From Ruditapes philippinarum (lineage: Eukaryota): a DNA stretch of 64,000 nt. The DNA lies in assembly GCF_026571515.1 (NCBI RefSeq), contig NW_026857281.1:1-64000 (forward strand), written 5' to 3'. Both the position numbers and the translations under genes were made by a program. The notes beneath the pieces are model-generated. The model saw only the letters and a program-made list of their open reading frames with translations. It was not told the DNA's origin and searched no databases. Shown one piece after another: positions 28,509-40,700 of this stretch (position 1 is the first letter of the stretch; each line of letters opens with the position of its first letter).

Positions 28509-31051
28509 CAGTGAAACCCCGCTTTGCGAACACCTCGATGTCGAGACAAGTCCGCTAATAAGGACGATCCATTTAAGGCCCGATTTTTTTTATTTTAATG
28601 ATATCCAACCTCGATATAGAGACCACCACATTACTTCGTTACACGACAATGCCTTAAAATACGACCGAAGGCACTTTCTAATTTTGATTTAAATGTGCAC
28701 ATTTTTTGACATGTGATGTAAACAACCGTTGTCCTAGTATTATGACATGTAACGGCAAGGATGAAGAGCAGTTTGAATCAAACCTGGAAATAATCGATTA
28801 TTGCTGATCATTTCTTAATTTCTCACTCACATTTAAAATAATGAGAGTTGGCTTGAAAGTCATCATTATTTCTTTTGTTCCGAAACATAAACATGATTCG
28901 ATTAAGTTTTTGAAGTTGTATCGGCGATGAAAACTGTGAAAACTGTTGTTTCATGGTGATTTTCATACTTATTAAATTGAGTAAGTTGCGTAATTCTCGA
29001 GAATATAAAAATATGTTTGTGTTAATAGACATTAGTACACATATAATACAATTTGTATCTTCAAAGAAATTTGAGATTTCATAACGTCTTTTTGAATATC
29101 ATTTTAAATAAGGAATAGGAAACGTAAAGAACTTTGTCTAAAAGGAAAGATTCAGTTAATTAATGAAAGTGTAGGCAAAGGCAATGGACAAATTGCAGAA
29201 AAATATGAAATTGAAAAAAAAACACAAGTAAAACAAATAACTTTGACATTAATAAATGTCTCTCTTAGTAAATTATGAAAATGAAGGATGTTTTTCAAAC
29301 TTTTTAGATGACTGTAAACACTTATCTTTATTTCTTTTTCATTTCGTTAAGGCTCATTCCATTCTCAAGAGGAAAGCAAAATTGATTGAATGATACGAAC
29401 AAAACATGGCCAGTGGCAGGAAATGAATTTTAAACAACCAGAAGCGGAATAATCAATTCACTATTTTGGGAAAGGTTCCAGTTTGGACGCGCTCAGGGTG
29501 TTGCGTCCTATTATTCAAGAGAAAGCTCATATATATGCCGCCAAACTTCGAATACCATTTGATTAATTTAAAGTGTCTAAGTGTAAGTTGTATCACCAAA
29601 AAAATGTCACTGAATTGAAGGAGAAATTACCAGATATTCTGCCTTAGTAAGATATGAGAGACATTTACAAGATGGATGAAACCGGTCTTTTCTAAAGAGC
29701 GGCGACTAAACAGTCACTGTTTACTCGTGGTGAAGAACGTAAAGGAAACGTTTAAAAGAAAGGTTGTCTGTAATGCCATGCGTAAATGTTGCAATAAATT
29801 TGAAAAGCTCTATGTGATGAGAAAATCAGCAAATTCAAGCTGCTTCCGAAACGTTAAGACAAGAATTTCGACAGGATGAACAGTGTGTTATTTAAGGAAT
29901 GAATAAGTATGGTTGATCGTATAATGAGAAAGGCTGGTCAAAAGGTACTTGAAAAGTCTCCATCACTCCCAAATGACTTTAAACTTTCAAACATCAAGGT
30001 TGAATTTCTGCCAGCAAACACATCCTCAGAACTCCAACCTCTGGGTAAAACAATAATGCATAATTTTAAGCATTTCTACAGGAAGAAGTATGCAGGTCTA
30101 CTGGAATCGGTTAGGACAAGATTGCTGTAGAATCCTTGTCTAAGAATGTATTTGTTGTTGATGTTATTCATTAGAAAACTGGTACAGTGAATGAAGTGAT
30201 CTATAAGGCAGTAACAATTTCTCCCGTTATTCTGGCAATGATGATGAAATTTTGGAATCACAAAATTAGTGGAACTTATGAGAATAGTCGAGAAGAAAAT
30301 GAACATTAACAATGCAAAAAAATGCTGTGGAATTTATGTACAATGACTCCGATGTGCACATTAATTATGATATCGAGGAGAACTGAGAATTAAACAATAT
30401 GTAATCAGTTACAGACCAGGTTACAGGTGTGGTTAGTGTGTCTAATGATGATGATGATGATGATAATTGGGATACTGTTTACCTACTCCTGCTAAATCCC
30501 ATCAGGATGTCCTCAAATGGCTAGAATATTTAATACTTTATTTTGTAAGAGAAATCATGAGTGATCTGTCCAAGGTTTTGGGCAGAACAGAAGATGAAAT
30601 GGACTGTCTGTGAAACTGAGAACGTCAAGTAAGTAGTCAACTCTTGATGTTTATGTGGATGAAAGTCTGAAAAGCATTTGTGTTCCATTGGAACAGCATG
30701 GAAACTGACTTTTAAATGTGAGAGGTTGACATGACACTAGTTATTGGGTCTGAATCATTAACATATTTGATTGTAGAAAATTTAATAAATGCATATTTGT
30801 TAAGAAATGACTGTTTGGTTATGTGCTGATACACAACATCTGTTTTAGAAATGATAGAAAAATAAAGTTTCTGTAATAATGTTCAATAGAAAAAAATAAT
30901 GGTGTTTGTATTACGTCTTCTCATTTGAAAAGTCCTGGAATAAACATGCGCAATGTATAGATAAGCCTGTACACGTAATACCTGTTTATCTGTCCAACCT
31001 GACTCATCAAAGAGACCAATCCCTCAGTGGTCTCATTGTGAGGTTTTATTG
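28509..31051 (+). mobile_element. Decayed Tigger/pogo (Tc1-mariner superfamily) DNA transposon
   Basis: Degenerate TIRs CAGTGAAACCCC / GAGGTTTTATTG|TA; HTH remnant KRKELCLKGKIQLI..IAEKYEI, DDE remnants DIYKMDETGLF* (about 29660) and VEFLPANTSSELQPL...NFKHFYRK (about 30000). Confidence 0.8.
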
Positions 31052-32544
31052 TATACATTTCTTTAATAATAAAAAAATGTTATCTTTTAGTTAAATAAAT
31101 AAATGTTATTAGTTTTTTTTCTTAGAAACTCCCTAAACCCCGAAGTACTGAAGTTGATTTAGGAAGCCTAACATACCTTTAAACAATTACTTTGAAGATC
31201 CGGGTAAACAAAAAGAAACAGCGCTCTCTATCCATTTATTTGGTGGTAAAACTTATCGGTTGAACTTTTAAAATCGTGTTCGTTCTGCAGATTTATATCT
31301 TACATATATCGAAAAATATCGTTCATTAAATCGTTAACAGTTAACGTATAAAAATATCAAGGCATACCGTGCCATTTACTAAATTAGATTAATAAGCGCA
31401 CAAGACTATGTAAATAAAATCAATGCGCAGAAATGCCATAGATAAAGGGAAATAACTTTCTTGAATACCGATAAATAAAAAGCTTACAATACTTCTTTTA
31501 CACAGAAATATGTCTTGAAATGAATAAAGGGGGATAAATTCCTGAATGCAAGCAAATAATAGCGTAAAATTTATCTTTCCTTGTTAAAAAATTGTAACAT
31601 TGAGCGATCCGCAAATTTTACAAACATAATCTCCTTTAAAGATATTTAAATTTTTCATGAGGTCTTATTATTTTAAAAGGTTGTTATTCAAGAAGGACAT
31701 TCAACAGACATATCAAAGATATGCATCAATAAAATTTCTGCAACAAGTGTGACCAAAAACTTCATTAGACAAAGGAATCTCAGTCGGCACCAAACATCTT
31801 GTCAAGGCATCATTATCATAAAAAGCACAGTGAGCCCACAGAAGAGATAAAGGGAGCATATCAAAGCCGCACAACCCGCCAAACGTCAATGTTGTACCTG
31901 TCCGGTCCAGTTTCAAGATTATCACGTTCAAGCCCTTTACCAAGTAGGAGCTGGCTGCATCATTAACCTTCAAAACCCTGGGTCAGTTACGATTGGACCG
32001 TCGATGAAGGGCACCTGGACTGCTACAGGGCAGACAGAGATAACAACATTATTTGGACAAGCTTAAAGGATATGTAAATATCTGCCCATTGCCACAACAA
32101 GAGAGCTATAATGGCAGGATCCATTATTTAAAACTAAAACACAGGGGTTACAACTTTTGACAACGAATGCTTCCTAGCTTGTTGTCCTGATTTTCCCTTA
32201 GGTTACAGGGTTGGTCTTCTACTGCTGGAAGCAATGAAACCTCGTTATTTCTTAGTTGAGCAATTACTTGGATGATGCAGTATTTTTAAGATAGTTTAAA
32301 TCCTTCAAAGATTACATATTCTAGTACATTTAAATATACATCTTCAGTTGGATCTATAAGCGCATTGGGTATTTCCTGGACTGAATGAGTAAATTGCCTT
32401 TACTAACCATTTTATGAATTATTTTCTCTAGAGTATTATGGGTTTTTTTCCAATTTGATGATATCTAAGTTTTCGTCGGACCTAAAGTCAATTTCACCAA
32501 TTTTGGAAGAAAGCGTATCTTCTCAGAGGTTGATATACAGTATA

Positions 32545-33030
32545 ATATCTGAACTGAACATAATGATAGTACCAAGAAACATTTTTTTATAACTGAACAT
32601 AACGACCTTAACACTGAACATCACATAAACGTAACTGAAGAAGATATAACCAGCACACAAGATAATGATAGTCTAAAGGTTCTATTTTACGACTGAACAG
32701 AATAAATAAAACACCCACGAGCATGTCATTGCAGCTGAAAATAATGAAAGTATCACCCAATAATACACTGCATCACCTAACCAAAATGATAGCACCACTC
32801 AATTGTTTATTTTAATGATTGAACATAATGAGAATAGCACCAAACGGCATATTATAATAACAGAACTCTATCACCCTTCAACATATCTTTTTATCTCTAC
32901 ACAGTTGTGTTACCACATGCCTGTTTGTTTTTAGAACTGAACATAACGACAAAACCGACAATACATTGACTTGGCTGAATTAAATGTGATCAGCACACAA
33001 CATAACACTTCAATAACTGAGCACATTGAG
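32545..33030 (+). repeat. Degenerate array built on actgaacataa
   Basis: Motif recurs about 10 times with irregular spacing. Confidence 0.55.
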
Positions 33031-34776
33031 ATTTTTACCTAACATACAGGGATTTCACCCAGCATATTGTATCTCGGACTCTACAGAATGGCATTTAACC
33101 AGGTATTTCAGTCAATCTACGACATAGTCCATAAAAATACAAGTAAAATGGTTTCCTGCGGTGAACATTTTAATGATATATATAAAGATATTTCTTTTAA
33201 CTATTTTCAACATTATTTGGCGGGTGGGGTAAATAAACGTTTGTATCAGGGATAAAGTTGAATAAAGAAAATGATTAAATAGGCCTTCATTTTATGAATA
33301 ATTCCGAGCAAAAAATAAATAAAGTAAACACACAAGTTTACGCAGAAAATACCTCTATTTATTATGGCTGATGCCACTACGAATATTTTAATTTTGTAGA
33401 TTTTCAGTATAAACAATTTATTGTTTGTAAAATTTGAGATAGATATGAAAGAAACATTGATAATTTTCAAACACATCATTCAAGTTTTTTCCAACTTTAA
33501 CGGTAAAATAATTATAGAAACCGATAAACACTTTCAGAACTAGCAGATGACTGGCTATTCATATCAGTAGAATTTCGAGTGCGTATCTGACTGTATAAAT
33601 CGTATGTAAAATGGTCTACCATATGGTAGGTTTAACAGTTAATTAAAATACCTTGAAGTCCAAAGATGTGTTGAATTTTATACAGTGACGAAGCTAAGAT
33701 CCAAAACTTTCTATTGGTGTAATACATTTTAAAATCGGACATTTAATCACAACAAACTAGCGGTTTAAAAACAGCTTATTTTGTATTGTTCTAGCATAAG
33801 CGATATCGATTTTACTCGAAGATAAGGGAAGCAACTCGCATTTGTTCACTCGATATACCTCGGTTATTTACGTAGATTATATTGAAAGTGTTTACAGGTA
33901 CGGCAAACGGTATTTAGCTAGGTTTTCGAAAAGGTCAATTAACCAATCATGTACGGTTTACAGATCACATGCTCCTCCATGTACCGAAAACAGGTCACGT
34001 GCTCCTCCATGCCTCAAAAGTTAAACGCGTACCAATACCCTGCGGTCTCCGCAGGGAATAATCAATAAAGGGTGTTATATATTGATCTATACATTCAAAC
34101 TATTAATATTTCGTAATCGTAGTGTATTTAAGATAGTGTTAAATGAAATAAAATAAAATCCAAATGTTTAATCACATGACTAGCTGTTGTCTTTATGAGG
34201 GGAACAACAATGACATAAAAATAGAAAAGGAACAAAAATAGAAATAAGCTGTAATAGTTGCGATCACAATTTGGCCGTAAAAAGGTACATATATGCACAT
34301 GTTTAATGTGGGTTTGTCGTTGGGATATAAATAAAGTGAAGACAATTTATCAATCAATCCGATGTATTACTTTCTAATGTTATAAAGAGAAAGTATGCAT
34401 TCATATATGAGAATATTAATCAAATTATTTGAAGAAAAGTTTTATATTCTCAATGAAGATGTGAGCGTATTTGTATTAAATTGACAATGCTCACACTTTG
34501 TAGTGAATAATTTGTAAAATTTATTACTGACTTTATTCAATCTGTCAACAATTTATCTAAAATCATCATTTTATCCTTGTCTTATGTTTTACATCATTTT
34601 TTTAGAATAAACAACACAAAAGTAGTTTGTACAAGACTTTTGGAGGGCACTATATTAAGCAGCTTGGTATGACCTATTTCGCTATCTTGTATATCATGTT
34701 GTATGGTTTTCGAAAAATAACGTCTTCCTTTGTTCGATACTTCAGTTTATGTAAAACAGGAGGGTTTACATAACAT

Positions 34777-34793
34777 ATGGCGGCAACTGACAG
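34777..34793 (+). CDS. EXD3: EXD3-like putative first coding micro-exon (MAATD-R)
   Basis: ATG GCG GCA ACT GAC AG|gtaaac; phase 2 joins acceptor ttgcag| at 41071 in frame with ATG 41115 without stops. Confidence 0.55.
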
Positions 34794-37700
34794 GTAAACT
34801 TTGTTGCAGATTTAAACATTTTATTTGTGCCTTATGTGTTTTGTTACGTGTTTTGTTTGAGTCAATAGCTCAATTCAATTAGGTTTTCGCATACAAGCTT
34901 TAAAACCGAAAGTACAGTCTTATTTCTACTTTCGATTTTCCCTTTTTAAATACTACGGTTATGGTTTCAGTTCATTTTAATGGTGTAAGTAAATAAGGAT
35001 TATCGGTGAATTTCACATGTTATGAATTTATGTCGTCCGATAGAATTATTAATTCTAATTAGCAAGAGTGGACGGCAAATTATATTGGAGCAGAAAATTT
35101 GGGTATTTATTCGCTGTTTTATCTTTCAATTTCTATTTGTCTAATTTGTATTCGTATTCATTAATTTTCTTATCTATAATCATATATATTTAAATTGATT
35201 TAAACAAGTTTAATTGCTACCTTTTAATTGCCAGTTAAACATTTGTATTTTGATTACTGCAGAATGTAAGGATCCATTGTTTCGACTTCTTGTTTAAACT
35301 ACGTGATTAAATATTATGTTGCATACTTCTTCCTTTTCAATTTGAATAATTTAGTTTTAACTTATGATCTTGAACGTCCTTCCTTTCAAAAGTACAAAGT
35401 GGGTTACATAACAATGAAATAAAATCTATACGAATACACCTAGACAAATACGAACTGCTATAACACGAATACGAAATTACAATGAAATTTAAATTTTATA
35501 CATCTGGCCGGGAACCAATATTTCCGTACAAGTCCGTAATTTCTGACGGTGTTACCATTGAAATATTTTCTTAAAAAATCCACGAAATCCAGGGTAGCAC
35601 CCCACAGTTAATTTCGAGTTTCTGCCGTCAATGTCCTACAAGCAATACATGTACGTCTAATAATTTTGATACCAAACTACACAATCTGGAAAAAGAAAAC
35701 ACATTTTGTTGAGAGCATATATGACATAAGATTGCAAATCTACATAGAAATCATCCCATCTGCAATAGGCAGGCAGTCAAAAAAGTTGCAATTCATTCCG
35801 TTGAAGCCCAAAATCTACAGTGGCCCGAGACCCAAAACAACACATTTTCGTCCCTCTGGCAAAAAAGACCTGCAAATATACAGGCTAACGGAACACCGTC
35901 CCTTTACATGCAAAATATCACAAAGAAACTGTGCCTCAACCTTGTATATTTTTTACTACTGCTTAATAGTTTGTACCCCCTGTAAAATGACTTGTTTTAA
36001 CCGTGCCTGCTGTTTAAAAGCCAAAAGTTTACAAAAAAAATAGCGGCCTTAGCATCTATAATCAAACAGCATGTGATTTCTGGTCATGTTTTTGAATTTG
36101 CAAGTGATCATATTAGATGTCACAAAAACAAATTTCATGCTAAAAATGCCACTTTTTAAAGACAACCAGTCATTTACCTTTTCCCTTATATAGACGTATT
36201 TTGACGCGCTTTTTGCCCCCCCCCCCCCCCCCTTTTTTGAGACCTCAAACAGTGAAAAAATGCCATATTTAGGCCCCAATACAGTTTTTCATTTGAGAAA
36301 TGTTGTATTAAAAAAGTCACCACTTTTCGACGCGCCCCCTAACTAAAATAGTACATCAGGGGGTTGCCAGAAGGGGAATGTGCCCCCTTCTGTTTGGGGG
36401 GGTTTGAAGGTGGCGGTAGCCCCCCTCATCGCCAAGAACATTTTGGACATGTGACAGGCTAAACACGGCCTCATGTCCATGTCAGGATAACTAGTAACCG
36501 ACGCTGAAAAGCCTTTTTACTCTATCTTAATTCATTGAGAAGTTGCAGCACTTTGAAATCAGTTTTGATGGGAAAAAAACAATGCAAAATAGTGATTTTC
36601 AGACGTTCCCCGTTGCCGTGGTAACAGAAAATTTACGATTCATGCTGTTACAGAGGTCATGGTCCAGTCAACATGTGTGCTAAGTTTCATCAGTATTGAA
36701 GCATTTTTTATAGTTTTATTGCAGTTTGAACTTGTAGCAGGAGGCTTTTCAATGAAAACTGTCATTTTTCACAATATGCTCATGGGGTAAAAGGTTAAAT
36801 CCAGAATATTCACTATATCCAAGAAATCCTTGAGTTATCTCCCGTCACTAAGATTTTGCGCTAGAATTTTACAGCTAGGACACAGAAAGCAAATATTAAA
36901 CACGTAGTTTCTAGTTTTTATTTGTTCTGCTGTTCTTCTTATTGAAATAAGTCAGTTTTATTTCGCATGTTAATAATTTTCATTAAAGTTTTAGAATTAT
37001 GGATAAAATCTCTCTAATAACAATTTCTTATAGCCTCTACATACAAATTTAATTTTTCAGTGTTTGAATTCGCCGAATTGAGAATAAGAAGTTTGCACAA
37101 AATTCACAATTGGTAAGAAAACAAGTTCGCAGAAAACACACTTTTCTTTTAAAATAAGGTAGAAATAGCACATGTTTTAAAAACAAAAAATAATTATTGG
37201 TATCTAATATTAAATTTAAACCGAATTAAGATGAAGTACTGGCATTGGCTTTGATATTACAACTCACTATAAACATAGTAAGAAAGAATAAATAAAATAT
37301 TTAAGTAAAGAACTTTGAAATTTACTCACAGATGAATCAAATTTGTAGGAATATGATTTAAACTTATGCAAATGAAAACAACAAGTAGTCAAATGAATAA
37401 ATACCCCAATTCTGCTCCATAAAATTACGCTACATTTTTACGATACATACCGCGACATTACGTTTATCAATTTATGTAGAATAAATATATACATGTATAT
37501 AGAAGGGAGGCGACCGAGAGTTCAGAATATAGAATTTTACATGAGCTACCACGTATGTGTATGTAGGTACAGGGTTCACAGTATATAAACCAGTCTATTT
37601 CCTGTAATCGCAAGAAAGAAACAAGTCCGACTATATAGGCTCACAAGAAGGGTACAGTGATCGACATCACTCGTACTTATTTTCTTCACGTTACAAGGTT

Positions 37701-40700
37701 TGTATGTTATTTTGATTTTTTAAATGCCCATTTCTTAAGGCAATGTTTTTGACACACACGGTTATAGGTTTCAACTTCTTAGTTTCTGATTCGAGGAAGT
37801 TACTGAAGATATAATCTGGTAGTGTGCATTTTTTAAGATTTGACAAGCGATTTCTATCACCGAACAAGACATAATATGTATCTGTTAATATTGAATAAAT
37901 GTTTTAATTTTCATGTTCCAAACAAAAGTTAAGTACACAAACATAACTTTGTTGTTTAAGTGCCTTTGTATTTCATAATTGTATTTCAAGTATTTCTGGT
38001 TGCAAAGTAATTCTATAAGTTTTTAGTCAAATATAAAACTGCAAAAAGATTCAAAGAATATCATTTTAGTCCAAGATTTTTTATTGATAATTTTATACAA
38101 TTGTGTTAATTCACTTGCTATAAAAATGTATTAAGATGGCTTTGACATTTTAGGGGTTTCTTGTACAATCTTGTCAATTGTACAATCACTCCATGTCCTC
38201 TTCTGTGTTTTTTGTATTTGCTTCGCGGTAGGCCAGTGTGACTGAATTTTGTCGGGGCTTCATTTTCTGAATGCAGCTTTGCATTGTTTATATTTGTTGT
38301 TTTATAGCTCATGTTTTACATCATAATGCACGTGCGTATTGCTTTCATGAATAAGCATTATGTTATATAACGGGAAGTGATCAAAATAGACTAGTAACTA
38401 ATGATCGCTAGAGTCATTGGTTCAAACCCCGTCAGGGACAAGTCGTTGTTTTTCTTTCAGCTAGAAACTTTACACTCATTGCTCAGTACTGGTTTGTTCC
38501 AGGAACTAATTCGAAAGTGTGTCTATAAGCTTACAGCTTCCTACACAATCGAACTTAATTAAATTTTGTATAAACCAAACAAGAAAATAAAGATTTCATC
38601 AAGAACAATGCAACGCGTGGATATTGTCGCGTTACAGCTTCTGATGTCACTCGGCTAAAACAGTAAAATGTATCAAAATATGGGCAAGGGTGATCACTCG
38701 GAAGCATTAATAACAACAATATAACATGAAAATTGCAGTATCGGTTTGAATGAGTCTATACTTAAGGGGTAATGAAAAAGTGCCACATTTCTCACTCCCA
38801 ATAACCCCGGCTTGATCAGTGCTAAATTTTCAAAATTTAAAGGATTGGAATAGATTATCTCGATGGGCAAGAAAAATATAACAAAACTGAAGTATAACAA
38901 TATGGAATGTGTTCTTTTGCTTGTCAGCAGTTACTTATTTGTTTACATTCTGAGCTATGTCGCACTTGAAAATAGTGCATTTGATATTCACTCAAGTTGG
39001 CAATCAAAATGCACTGGAACAACATATATGTTTATGGATTGAAACTTTAATGGGAACAAGCAAATTAAAACATTTACACAGTAATGACAGAAATATATGA
39101 GTTTTTGTTCTCTTGTTCGGTGAACTTAAAAACTTAAAGATTGGTGAACTTAAAAACTTAAAGATGTGAATAAATGAGTAGAAAATCCGTCCAGAATGAT
39201 CACCTGTCAAATCACAAAATATGAACATGACCTGTTTATCTCTTCAATAACTCAGAAGCTAGAAAGCTAAAACCTAAATACGAGTGTGTCATAAACATTG
39301 CCTTAAGAAATGAGCATATTAAAATATTGACAAAATGACATACAAACCCAATTACCTATGACTGTGTTGTAAATATTAATGATGCGGTAGGTATTTTGTC
39401 AAGTTTGCAACCACTTTTCTCGCTTGAACCAAGTGTGCAACCACGTCACGTTCTGCCTCTTGTAAAGGATGACATACATTTGTATTGGTCCTCCGTGCAC
39501 CCTTGATTTTAATGCATATGAAAATTGGGGGAGGGGGCAGACGGGCGACGGGGTAAGAATTTTATTTTTCTACGAGTTATAAAAGAACGCAACCTTTTAT
39601 TCTTAAAATAACCTCCCTGAATTTTAAGAAATATCCATATTGTTATTATATTGAAACACACAGTACCAACCAAAACTATTGCTTAAACCTGAGATGTAAT
39701 TTTATATTTATTAACAATAAGTATTGCACAAAGACAATATGCTATCGATCAATATGGACCGGCAGAGTTTTCTTAAGAAAGAAAAGGTTCAATGCATTCA
39801 TGTAAATTTCAAAGACAAAATTAATACACGTATTGATCAAGATCAAAGCATTAAAGATCCATTTATTATTCTTCTGTTACATGAGAAGGAAAAACTAAGT
39901 TTGTAAAAACTTACTGAGATATTAAGATTCATCTACAAATATTGAGAGGATATCCATGAACGCCGCCATCTTGTAATTATGATGTTTTATTGTAAGTTTA
40001 AAGGTGAATAAGGTGACATGAACATGAAGCAGACGTCAGAAAACAATTAACTTGCAATCATTGAACAAATGAAGAAAGGTTTAGTAACAATTTGCAAACA
40101 TGTCATCATATCTAAGGTGTGTGGTAAATGGCATACTTATTTCTTCATTACTTGTAAGTACGTAGTGCTTCCCTATCCATTCGGACAAATCTTAATTTTG
40201 TTCATATAAAATCATTGCATTGTTTATTTCAAAGTTATCTTGTCCGGTGAGTTATGGCTCGTTTAAAGTCATAACAAACACAGCACTGTTGTTAGTGTTT
40301 TAAGAAATAACAAAGGAACGTTAGAACGCGACAAAACGGTTTTTCTTTGTGAGGGTCTTGAGTGCTTTTTCACACGAATCATTTAAATGTTACGACAATT
40401 TATCTCTCCAAGACGGCATCATTTATATATTTCTTACAATTTTTGGCCTAGAGGGACATTAGAAATAAATGAACATTCCATATCAGCAGCATCGATGCCT
40501 ACGATTATTTTGAGCATTCCACTAAGCTTCTATCAATAAATATTTTTAAAGATAAAACCTTTTTGCTTCCGGTTTCTCGACTTTGACCCCTGTTTTTAAC
40601 CATTCATGTATTAATAATTCAGCGTTGCCCTAGAAACTTTATAAGGCTTTCATTGAACGTCGCCTTTCCTTGTTGATCTCGTTTATTATATTTTATCTTG

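Noticed and set aside
35500-36900. 125-aa ORF 35666..36043 and GC-rich patches with poly-C
   Set aside because: No recognisable protein; looks like nested MITE fragments whose boundaries I could not define
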